Source: Serratia marcescens (lineage in GTDB: Bacteria > Pseudomonadota > Gammaproteobacteria > Enterobacterales > Enterobacteriaceae). From it: DNA of 32,000 bases. Below the pieces are notes generated by a model that worked only from the letters and a program-made list of their open reading frames with translations, was not told the origin of the DNA and searched no databases. Each line of letters begins with the position of its first letter. Within the stretch, counting starts at the first letter, position 1. This document shows, one piece after another, positions 1 to 6,204 of the stretch. The translations under genes were made by a program, and so were the position numbers. The DNA is taken from contig JADMXW010000031.1 in NCBI GenBank assembly GCA_015548865.1, positions 1 to 32,000 on the forward strand. Reading direction: 5' to 3'.

Positions 1-54
1 CCCGTGGCTGACGATGCAGACTGGTCACCCGTGGCTGACGATGCAGACTGGTTG
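1..54. repeat. Two copies of a 27-bp tandem repeat (cccgtggctgacgatgcagactggt[ca/tg])
   Basis: Direct reading; in frame with the minus-strand CDS, encoding (D/N)QSASSATG. More copies probably lie outside the window. Confidence 0.9.
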
Positions 55-407
55 CCCTTAACATGATCGCCTTTCTTCTTGTCGCACCGCTTTGTGGTGT
101 ATTCGATTGAAGCCTTCACGATACCTGCAATTGTCAGCGCTGCTTTGATTGAAATTTTCCGGCTGGCTACCTTGCTGTCATCTTCATGCCGGGATAAATC
201 ACCTTCTTGCTCACAGGTGGCGTAAACGGACGTTCCCGGCTCGTAGTAACCGAAGCAGTCAAGCGGATACTCACACGCATGAAATCCAGATGAGCAGGCT
301 TCAACATCGCCTTTATGCTCGAAAGTCTTACCGATTTCGAACTGATACCCACGGCACTGCATGCTTGCGTTAAAGCCTTTGTAGGTAATGATTTTCTCGT
401 CGCTCAT
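1..407 (-). CDS. Phage early protein with C-terminal 9-aa tandem repeats (partial, runs off the left edge; absent from the ORF track)
   Basis: Minus-strand reading from ATG at 407: MSDEKIITYKGFNASMQCRGYQFEIGKTFEHKGDVEACSSGFHACEYPLDCFGYYEPG...KGNQSASSATGDQSASSATG, open to the window edge. N-terminus resembles a common lambdoid early-region hypothetical protein. Confidence 0.85.
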   Translation of the reverse strand, partial: MSDEKIITYKGFNASMQCRGYQFEIGKTFEHKGDVEACSSGFHACEYPLDCFGYYEPGTSVYATCEQEGDLSRHEDDSKVASRKISIKAALTIAGIVKASIEYTTKRCDKKKGDHVKGNQSASSATGDQSASSAT

Positions 408-479
408 AGCGGCTTCCTTAGAATTTAATCGTAAAAAAAAGCCGCTATTGCGGCGTGGTATTCTCTGGTGTTGGCGGGG

Positions 480-713
480 TTATTCTTCTGAAATAGTGAA
501 TCCTTGACCTTCAAGCCATTTGATTACATCGCCAGTTCCGATTGCATCCAGCAAATCATCTGCGTCGTATTCAGGTACTATTTCATCAGCCTTTACTGCA
601 TCGGCTATGTCTAAATCTTCCACATCAATTTCAATGTAATTTCTGTATGGCCCAGATCCATAAGGAGCCACACCATTTAACTGCTTTGCGTTAAAAGTTC
701 CACTAACTGCCAT
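480..713 (-). CDS. Hypothetical phage early protein (77 aa)
   Basis: ORF in the leftward pL operon, nearly abutting neighbours; coding-like composition. Confidence 0.75.
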   Translation of the reverse strand: MAVSGTFNAKQLNGVAPYGSGPYRNYIEIDVEDLDIADAVKADEIVPEYDADDLLDAIGTGDVIKWLEGQGFTISEE

Positions 714-716
714 ACC

Positions 717-845
717 TCACCCCTTACGCATCTTCTGATGCGACTTTTTAGCTTCTTTGCGACGAATACGCATTTCATTGCGCATGGTTGGATTTCTTAA
801 ATTGCGTACCTGAACTGGAATATAGAAATTGCCTTTATCGTTCAT
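717..845 (-). CDS. Small basic hypothetical protein (42 aa; not in ORF track)
   Basis: Reads MNDKGNFYIPVQVRNLRNPTMRNEMRIRRKEAKKSHQKMRKG*, stopping 3 nt before the next start at 713. Confidence 0.6.
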   Translation of the reverse strand: MNDKGNFYIPVQVRNLRNPTMRNEMRIRRKEAKKSHQKMRKG

Positions 846-897
846 TGGCTACCTTCTGATGCGATGATGTAATAAAAAAGCCGCTCTAGGCGGCTTG

Positions 898-1107
898 TTA
901 ATCTTCTACAACAGCACCTTGATACCATCTCGGGAAAATAACCTTTCTTACCTTGACGGTACCAAGCCGATAGTTATCTCCAAAAATGGCCTTTCCGAAA
1001 AATTCTGATGTAGACAAGTTTCTTTTGGATACGGTCTTTAACTTACCGTTGTGATCTACCGTATCCCCCGGCTTAATTTCAGATATATGACATTCGACGA
1101 TGCGCAT
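898..1107 (-). CDS. Hypothetical phage early protein (MRIVECHISEIKPGDTV...)
   Basis: Internal ATG of the listed 898..1203 ORF, preceded by GAGGTG; small-protein style typical of lambdoid pL operons. Confidence 0.7.
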   Translation of the reverse strand: MRIVECHISEIKPGDTVDHNGKLKTVSKRNLSTSEFFGKAIFGDNYRLGTVKVRKVIFPRWYQGAVVED

Positions 1108-1114
1108 CATCACC

Positions 1115-1396
1115 TCACTTAATAATATGCGTTGCGTCTTTACGGTTATTACGATGCCCCGCCTGATAAATGAAAACTTGAGGTAGGCACACATTGTCTG
1201 CACTGTCGTATACAGGGGTGTCTCGTACCATCAGAGCTTTATCTACGCGGTTTGTAGCCTTTCTGCTGAGCGAAAGAGTAGGGCGTAATGCCTGTTTACC
1301 TTTCGCTGAGTTAATGCCAACCAGCAGGGGATTAGCTGCTTTCCAGTCTGCCTGTTTTGCTGCGCGAGATTCACGGCGGCGTTCTTGTGCGTTCAT
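1115..1396 (-). CDS. N: Transcription antitermination protein N
   Basis: N-terminus MNAQERRRESRAAKQADWKAANPLLVG closely resembles the lambda N arginine-rich motif (MDAQTRRRERRAEKQAQWKAANPLLVG). First gene of the leftward operon, downstream of a boxB hairpin. Confidence 0.92.
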   Translation of the reverse strand: MNAQERRRESRAAKQADWKAANPLLVGINSAKGKQALRPTLSLSRKATNRVDKALMVRDTPVYDSADNVCLPQVFIYQAGHRNNRKDATHIIK

Positions 1397-1555
1397 ACAT
1401 CCTCCTGTCAGTTAGCTTTGGTGGTGTGGTGCGGTGACCATTGTTTCGGAGCGACTTCACTCGTTTCCCGCTGGTGCTACGCTCGCTTATGGCTGTGCGC
1501 TGGTCGCTTCCAGTTGCTTTGCGCCACACCCCAAAGCCTACTGCTTTGAATGTTT

Positions 1556-1585
1556 GCGCTTCTTCAGCGCCCTATGTTAAGTGGG
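1556..1585 (-). promoter_or_regulatory. nutL: nutL: boxB hairpin GCGCT-GAAGA-AGCGC (1570-1556) with weak boxA-like CCCACTTAAC (1585-1576)
   Basis: Perfect 5-bp stem with a GAAGA pentaloop as in lambda boxB, placed between pL and N. Confidence 0.85.
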
Positions 1586-1631
1586 CTGCATTCCTTGCCC
1601 TGTTACTGCCTCAGCGTCCTGCTGTGAGGTA

Positions 1632-1660
1632 AATATACCCATAGTTATTTGATGTGTAAA
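1632..1660 (-). promoter_or_regulatory. pL promoter (TTTACA-N17-TATATT)
   Basis: -35 at 1660-1655, -10 at 1637-1632 on the minus strand; overlaps two operator-like 14-mers. Confidence 0.75.
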
Positions 1661-1717
1661 TACCCAAAGTTATAAAATTTATGCCAATGGGTATAACCCG
1701 TTGATAGCAGTGGGTAA
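1635..1717. promoter_or_regulatory. OL region: four repressor operator-like 14-mers
   Basis: ATACCCATAGTTAT 1635-1648, ATACCCAAAGTTAT 1660-1673, ATGCCAATGGGTAT 1681-1694, ATAGCAGTGGGTAA 1704-1717; start spacings 25/21/23. Confidence 0.75.
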
Positions 1718-1748
1718 ATATTTTTATTTGGTGGGGAGTCTATTTTTT

Positions 1749-2108
1749 ATGAGTGCGGGGTTGATCTTTGCGTTAAGCGGTAACAATATTTATACTGTAA
1801 ATAATTACAGTATTGAAGGAAAAAAGCGAAGGGAATTCGCCTCTTGCGAGGTTTTATTGATGCGCATGGCATACGTTAGAAGGAAGGGTGGAGTCTATTA
1901 TGAAATGCCTGCCGCAGCGGTTAGCAACGGCAAGGGATTTGTGATTTATTGCTTAATTAGCCGCGATATGTACACAACAACGCCAATGATTTTTGCACTT
2001 TCGCTTACTGGGATTGGTGGTATCCCTTGCGCTGCTGGGACAAGAAAGCCTAAACCTTCGCCAGGAACAAACCGGTATATTGAGGCTGATCCGTGCACTT
2101 CTGCATAG
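1749..2108 (+). CDS. Hypothetical protein, possibly small membrane protein, convergent with cI
   Basis: ATG at 1749 with GGGGAG at 1733-1738. Upstream in-frame residues YFYLVGSLFFMSAGLIFALSG look transmembrane if GTG 1713 or TTG 1701 is used. The 3' part overlaps cI antisense. Confidence 0.45.
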   Translation: MSAGLIFALSGNNIYTVNNYSIEGKKRREFASCEVLLMRMAYVRRKGGVYYEMPAAAVSNGKGFVIYCLISRDMYTTTPMIFALSLTGIGGIPCAAGTRKPKPSPGTNRYIEADPCTSA

Positions 2109-2557
2109 ACATAATCATTGTTTTCTGGCCGCTCAATCGTGTTGACAACAATGATTGATCCACTGGTGGCGTCCGGAAACCCAGTGTCTCTATTCAGCCT
2201 GTATGCTTTGCATCGCCTTGGGTTTATCCCTTTGGGAGCGGCAACAAAGTCTTTTAGTTGCTTATCACCATCCCACAGGGAGACGAACACCACGCCATCA
2301 ACCACCGGTGACTGGGCCTCGCCATCAAACTCAGAGGTAGAATCACTTTTCATCGGGCCAATGTTCATATCTAACCATTCCGGCCTAACCCCAAGGGCCA
2401 CTGCGATTTCAACTATGTGTCCTGACTTTTGAGTCTTGCCAGAAAGGATTTTGAAAATGCTGGGCTGAGCGATGCCTGCGGCTTCTGCAAGCTGAGCTTG
2501 ATTAAAGCCTCTCATATCCATCGCTAATTTCAGTCGTTCTGCAAGTGTCGTTTTCAT
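1946..2557 (-). CDS. cI: CI-like phage repressor, HTH plus S24/LexA-like C-terminal domain
   Basis: MKTTLAERLKLAMDMRGFNQAQLAEAAGIAQPSIFKILSGKTQKSGHIVEIAVALGV is a canonical HTH_3; divergent from the cro-like gene across three operator-like sites. Confidence 0.9.
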   Translation of the reverse strand: MKTTLAERLKLAMDMRGFNQAQLAEAAGIAQPSIFKILSGKTQKSGHIVEIAVALGVRPEWLDMNIGPMKSDSTSEFDGEAQSPVVDGVVFVSLWDGDKQLKDFVAAPKGINPRRCKAYRLNRDTGFPDATSGSIIVVNTIERPENNDYVYAEVHGSASIYRFVPGEGLGFLVPAAQGIPPIPVSESAKIIGVVVYISRLIKQ

Positions 2558-2564
2558 AGCCGTG

Positions 2565-2593
2565 AACATATAGCCGTGGTTATCTAGCGTCAA
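2565..2593 (-). promoter_or_regulatory. pRM promoter (TTGACG-N17-TATGTT)
   Basis: Minus-strand -10 at 2570-2565 lies 7 nt from the cI ATG (2557). Confidence 0.7.
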
Positions 2594-2632
2594 ATATCTT
2601 TGGGTATTGATTTTATTTAAACCTATGGTTAT
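2570..2632. promoter_or_regulatory. OR region: three operator-like 14-mers
   Basis: ATAGCCGTGGTTAT 2570-2583, ATATCTTTGGGTAT 2594-2607, AAACCTATGGTTAT 2619-2632; start spacings 24/25; shared half-site GG(T/G)TAT also seen at OL. Confidence 0.8.
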
Positions 2633-2635
2633 TAT
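2607..2635 (+). promoter_or_regulatory. pR promoter (TTGATT-N17-TATTAT)
   Basis: -35 at 2607-2612, -10 at 2630-2635, overlapping the rightmost operator. Confidence 0.8.
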
Positions 2636-2663
2636 TCTCTATGAACAAAACAAGGAACCGCTT

Positions 2664-2909
2664 ATGACCAGCAAACCCAAGATCAACCATGTTATCAAGG
2701 CTGCGATTGAGGCTGTTGGGAGCCAGAAAAAGCTGGCTGTTGAGGTGGGTGTGAGTCAGCCGAACGTCTGGTGCTGGCTTCACAATAAAAAGCGCGTATC
2801 GCCAGAGAATGTTAATGCGATTGTTGCTGCCACAAAGGGCGTGATTAAAGCACATGAAATCCGTCCTGATCTGCCTCAGCTTTTCCCTCATCCAGAGAAA
2901 GCTGCTTAG
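2664..2909 (+). CDS. cro: Cro-like transcriptional regulator (YdaS/Cro type)
   Basis: MTSKPKINHVIKAAIEAVGSQKKLAVEVGVSQPNVWCWLHNKKRVSPENVNAIVAATKG; first rightward gene after pR. Confidence 0.85.
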   Translation: MTSKPKINHVIKAAIEAVGSQKKLAVEVGVSQPNVWCWLHNKKRVSPENVNAIVAATKGVIKAHEIRPDLPQLFPHPEKAA

Positions 2910-2915
2910 AAATTC

Positions 2916-2946
2916 CGCTCTTAAACATCTCGCTCTGAAGAAGAGC
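2916..2946 (+). promoter_or_regulatory. nutR: nutR: boxA CGCTCTTAA (2916-2924) and boxB GCTCT-GAAGA-AGAGC (2932-2946)
   Basis: boxA matches the lambda boxA core; boxB has a perfect 5-bp stem and GAAGA loop; located between cro and cII. Confidence 0.9.
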
Positions 2947-3013
2947 ATTACCACAAACAAACACGAACCAACGTGGCCCAGCTACGGCTTTGTCACGTCT
3001 TAACAACAGGAAA

Positions 3014-3046
3014 ATAGTACCGAATGGATAACGCAAAGACACGCAA
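3014..3046 (-). promoter_or_regulatory. pRE promoter with CII recognition site TTGC-N6-TTGC
   Basis: Plus-strand GCAA 3033-3036 and GCAA 3043-3046 (minus strand TTGCGTGTCTTTGC), -10 TACTAT at 3019-3014; overlaps the cII start as in lambda. Confidence 0.85.
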
Positions 3047-3293
3047 AGACGCTCTGAAAATAGAGAGTGCTTTGCTTAACAAAATTGCTGTGAAAGGGGT
3101 AAGCGCTATTGCTGATTTAGTGGGCGTAAATCCTTCACAGATAACCCGGTGGAAAGAGTCGCTGATACCGCGCATGAGCTTACTTCTTGCGGTGTTGGAA
3201 TGGGGAGTTAACGACGACGATCTGGCGCATCTGGCTAAGCAAGTTGCGTTACTGCTGACCAAACAATCACAGGCGGGAGAATTCGAAGCCTAG
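3024..3293 (+). CDS. cII: Transcriptional activator CII
   Basis: KDALKIESALLNKIAVKGVSAIADLVGVNPSQITRWKESLIPRMSLLLAVLEWGVNDDDLAHLAKQVA is highly similar to lambda CII. Confidence 0.96.
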   Translation: MDNAKTRKDALKIESALLNKIAVKGVSAIADLVGVNPSQITRWKESLIPRMSLLLAVLEWGVNDDDLAHLAKQVALLLTKQSQAGEFEA

Positions 3294-3302
3294 GGGGATT
3301 TC

Positions 3303-3554
3303 ATGAATCACATGGAGTTCATAGAAAAAAACGTTAGAGACACGTTATTGCGTGACGGATACACGCCATCTCTGGCGAATATCGGAGCGATGAAAGCGGT
3401 TGAGTTTTATCGCCGTTCGTCTCAGGCCAGCAAAAAGGGTCGGATATTCGATGACTGCTTACGCGAAGGAAAGCTATGGGCAGACAAAAACAAGACGGTA
3501 GCGGATGCGCCGAAGAAGCCAAGAGGTAAGCCACGAAATGGTGCTCTCTTCTGA
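3303..3554 (+). CDS. Hypothetical phage early protein
   Basis: 83-aa ORF directly downstream of cII with GGGG-type SD. Confidence 0.75.
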   Translation: MNHMEFIEKNVRDTLLRDGYTPSLANIGAMKAVEFYRRSSQASKKGRIFDDCLREGKLWADKNKTVADAPKKPRGKPRNGALF

Positions 3555-3585
3555 AAATAAAAATCCCCACTGGCAGGTGAGGATT
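3552..3585 (-). terminator. Rho-independent terminator for the reverse-strand gene
   Basis: Minus strand AATCCTCAC-CTGCCA-GTGGGGATT followed by TTTATTTTC. Confidence 0.65.
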
Positions 3586-3631
3586 CAGGGCAAATAACAA
3601 TTACTTTTTAGCAGGTATCAAATGAAAGAAT

Positions 3632-3883
3632 TCATTGCAAGAAATGTTTGTTTTCTGGCACTACGATTTTTCCGCCCAGCTTTGTTTCGATCTCGCGGAT
3701 GGAAGACAGAAGCATTGCTGTTGCCTTTGCTTCCAGAACCACCGAAATCTCCAGAGTTATGCCTAACTCAGCAGGAACGGGATGAGGGTAGACAAGCTGT
3801 AGTCGTCCTGTATCTGGGTCGTAAGAAACCTTACTGATGATCTCTATCGGTATTACAGATGGATTTCTCTTATTTTCGCTCAT
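3632..3883 (-). CDS. Hypothetical protein (MSENKRNPSVIPIEIISKVSYDPDTGRLQLVYPHPVPAELGITLEISVVLEAKATAMLLSSI...)
   Basis: Start at the internal Met of the listed ORF, SD GGAGTGG; flanked by minus-strand terminators. Confidence 0.7.
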   Translation of the reverse strand: MSENKRNPSVIPIEIISKVSYDPDTGRLQLVYPHPVPAELGITLEISVVLEAKATAMLLSSIREIETKLGGKIVVPENKHFLQ

Positions 3884-3937
3884 GAAACCACTCCATTTAA
3901 TTGTGGATTTCAAGAGTACGCCAAATTTGCAGGACGG

Positions 3938-4009
3938 AAAAAGAAAAAGCCATCGGCGGCAACCGATGACTCTCAAGTTTCGATGGATTTTTAACTGGAT
4001 CAATTCACA
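3938..4009 (-). ncRNA. OOP-like antisense-type small RNA (about 72 nt)
   Basis: Minus-strand promoter TTTACC (4044-4039)-N17-CATACT (4021-4016). Transcript ends in CATCGG-TTGCCG-CCGATG-GCTTTTTCTTTTT, strongly resembling the lambda oop terminator (CGGTTGCCGCCG) just upstream of the O region. Confidence 0.75.
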
Positions 4010-4018
4010 GGAATAAGT

Positions 4019-4213
4019 ATGTCAGCAAACATCGAAAAGGTAAATACTCACCCGACTCACAAGTGTTCATTCTGCGATAAAACCAATGACGAATTAAGGC
4101 TAATCATTGCTGGCACCGGCGTTTGCATTTGCAATGAGTGTGTCCTTATTTGCGTAGAGATTGTTTTTGATCGCTACAAAAACGGGGAGGGTGAAGATGA
4201 GCCTAGCGCATAG
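4019..4213 (+). CDS. Stand-alone ClpX-type C4 zinc-binding domain protein
   Basis: HKCSFCDKTNDELRLIIAGTGVCICNECVLICVEIVFD matches the ClpX N-terminal zinc domain pattern (CSFCGK...LIAG...YICDECV.LC..I); no AAA+ domain follows. Confidence 0.88.
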   Translation: MSANIEKVNTHPTHKCSFCDKTNDELRLIIAGTGVCICNECVLICVEIVFDRYKNGEGEDEPSA

Positions 4214-4979
4214 AAAAATATCACCTATCAGACCTGATTTGCAGGTCGTGGAGCCTCGCGTGGTTGATCTCGAAGATGGTTACACGCGAACTGCTAACGA
4301 ATTGCTTGAGGCCGTGATGTTATCCGGCTTGACGCAACACCAATTGCTGATTGTTATTGCCGTATGGAGAAAGACATACGGCTACAACAAGAAAATGGAC
4401 TGGATCGGCAATGAGCAGTTCGAAGCACTTACAGGGATGGCTGCAACAAAATGCTCTACAGCGAAAAACGAGTTAATCAGGATGGGAGTCCTTGTACAGC
4501 AAGGGCGACAGGTAGGAATGAATAAGGCCGTTTCTGAGTGGAAAACTAAGTTTAACGGATTCGGTAAAACCTTTACTGATTCGGTAAAGAAAAACTTTCC
4601 TGAATCGGTAAAAAGTGATTTACCGAAACGGTCAAACACAAAAGACAATATTACAAAAGACAATAAAGACATTAAAAATATAGGGAGTGACGACCCGAAA
4701 AAATCCCCCAAAAAGGAGAAAAAGGCGACGCAGCGATCACCTAATTTCTCCCCATCCGCAAAGCATGAATCTCTGGCCTATGAGTTAGGAGTTAACCTGC
4801 AAAACGAGTTTTTGAAGTTTGTCGATTACCACGACTCAAAGGGAACCACTTTCAAGAATTGGGATGCTGCTTTGAACATGTGGCTGCGCAACGCAGTCAG
4901 GTACAGCAAACCAACTGTGAGAGGTGTTTCCCGACCTAGCCAACCAATGAACCACATACCGGAGGGCTTCACAGGATGA
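4197..4979 (+). CDS. O: Phage replication protein O
   Basis: N-terminal DLEDGYTRTANELLEAVMLSGLTQHQLLIVIAVWRKTYGYNKKMDWIGNEQF is typical of lambda-type O proteins; contains iterons and precedes a DnaC-like gene. Confidence 0.92.
   Translation: MSLAHRKISPIRPDLQVVEPRVVDLEDGYTRTANELLEAVMLSGLTQHQLLIVIAVWRKTYGYNKKMDWIGNEQFEALTGMAATKCSTAKNELIRMGVLVQQGRQVGMNKAVSEWKTKFNGFGKTFTDSVKKNFPESVKSDLPKRSNTKDNITKDNKDIKNIGSDDPKKSPKKEKKATQRSPNFSPSAKHESLAYELGVNLQNEFLKFVDYHDSKGTTFKNWDAALNMWLRNAVRYSKPTVRGVSRPSQPMNHIPEGFTG
4557..4700. promoter_or_regulatory. ori: Putative replication origin: iterons plus AT-rich segment inside O
   Basis: (G)ATTCGGTAAA cores at about 4559 and 4579, AATCGGTAAA at about 4603, inverted ATTTACCGAA at about 4618-4627, then an AT-rich tract 4631-4682. 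Confidence 0.75.
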
Positions 4980-5710
4980 GCGATTTAATTCGACGCCTAC
5001 AGGCTGCCATGCCTCCGGGCATCAAGCCAAAGTTCACGACGCCGGAAGAATGGGTGGAGTGGCAGAAGGAGCAGGGCCGGAAGGATTCGGAGCGCATTGC
5101 AGAGCAGAACCGCATTACCCGGCTGCAAAAAGTCCTCGGGCGATCTGGAATTCAGGAGCTTCACCGCACTTGCACATTCCAGAATTACAACGCTGAATTA
5201 CCGGGGCAACGTAATGCGCTGGATAAAGCCAAGCAGTATGCGAACCAGTTCGGCGGAGGGTTTGGTGGGTTCATTTTCAGCGGCGGTTGTGGCACTGGGA
5301 AAAACCATCTGGCGGCGGCTATCGGTAATCACCTGCTGGCGAAAAACAAATCCGTGCTGGTTGTCACCGTGCCCGACCTGATGATGCGATTTCGTGAAAC
5401 CTATCAGGACGGTGCGAAGCTGTCAGAGCATGACCTGATGAGCGACCTGTGCAACGTTGATCTGCTGATTCTGGACGATATCGGTGTGCAGCGCGGCAAC
5501 AAAAACGAGGAGGTAGTGCTGTTCCAAATCGTTGATCGCCGCCTGTCTGCAAAGAAGCCTGTGGGGATGCTAACAAACCTCAACGTTGAGCAATTAACCG
5601 AGCTACTTACCGAGCGAATCATGGACAGAATGCGAATGGACGGCGGCATGTGGGTAAATTTCGACTGGCCCAGCTATCGGAAAAATGTCCGGTCAAATCA
5701 GGGGGAGTAG
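4976..5710 (+). CDS. DnaC-like helicase loader
   Basis: FIFSGGCGTGKNHLAAAIGNHLLAKNKSVLVVTVPDLM...VDLLILDDIG carries Walker A/B motifs and the DnaC-typical GTGKNHLAAAI. Confidence 0.95.
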   Translation: MSDLIRRLQAAMPPGIKPKFTTPEEWVEWQKEQGRKDSERIAEQNRITRLQKVLGRSGIQELHRTCTFQNYNAELPGQRNALDKAKQYANQFGGGFGGFIFSGGCGTGKNHLAAAIGNHLLAKNKSVLVVTVPDLMMRFRETYQDGAKLSEHDLMSDLCNVDLLILDDIGVQRGNKNEEVVLFQIVDRRLSAKKPVGMLTNLNVEQLTELLTERIMDRMRMDGGMWVNFDWPSYRKNVRSNQGE

Positions 5711-5971
5711 ATGGAAATAATTAAATTACATCAGGTATGCCGAATTCACGCAGCAGGAAACAATGGCGAAGAGCGCATAGAGTGGGAGCCGATTTATATT
5801 CAGGTTAGCCATATAGAGTCTTTTTTCTCTGCTGGTCGAACGGTAATAGAACTCGCCAGCGGTCGCAGAATTGAAGTTAAAGAGACGCCGGAATATATAA
5901 CGTCGCATATGCCGTGTGACGTTTTCAACAACGTGCGACCGATAGATGACATCGAATGGCGTCCACTTTGA
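5711..5971 (+). CDS. Hypothetical phage protein
   Basis: Starts immediately after the DnaC-like stop codon; coding-like composition. Confidence 0.7.
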   Translation: MEIIKLHQVCRIHAAGNNGEERIEWEPIYIQVSHIESFFSAGRTVIELASGRRIEVKETPEYITSHMPCDVFNNVRPIDDIEWRPL

Positions 5972-5988
5972 TGGGGGGGAGTAGAACA

Positions 5989-6204
5989 GTGAAAGTAAAA
6001 ACTAGCGAGTTGACCGCAAAGCAGCGTGAATATTTATCGAAAATGCAGCGCGGTGGAACGCCAACGAAGAAACCGAATGACCGCACGATGAAATCACTAT
6101 CGGCAAAAGGGCTGGTGAAGTATGCGTTTTTCGTCGGCTGGCATATCACGGCAGAAGGGCTGAGCATCGAACTCCTGGAGGGATTAGCTAATGGGCTGGA
6201 TTAA
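5989..6204 (+). CDS. Hypothetical phage protein (GTG start)
   Basis: gtgaaagtaaaaactagc after a GGGGGGGAG SD; VKVKTSELTAKQREYLSKMQRGGTPTKKPNDRTMKSLSAKGLV... Confidence 0.7.
   Translation: MKVKTSELTAKQREYLSKMQRGGTPTKKPNDRTMKSLSAKGLVKYAFFVGWHITAEGLSIELLEGLANGLD

Noticed and set aside
149-373. Plus-strand ORF MKFSGWLPCCHLHAG... and the listed minus-strand ORF 167..352
   Set aside because: The true gene is the edge-truncated minus-strand frame 1..407, which explains this region; these are shadow frames.
1194-1632. Plus-strand ORFs 1194..1415 and 1441..1632
   Set aside because: Antisense to N and to the nutL leader; Arg/Ser/Leu-rich shadow composition and no plausible upstream signals.
1600-1720. 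Repeated TACCCA/TGGGTA motifs as a possible CRISPR-like or iteron array
   Set aside because: Spacing, 14-bp symmetry and match to OR indicate repressor operators. No CRISPR array was seen anywhere in the window.
3632-4003. Full-length version of the listed minus-strand ORF (start at 4003)
   Set aside because: The N-terminal extension would run through the OOP-like promoter/terminator region; the internal ATG at 3883 has a much better SD.
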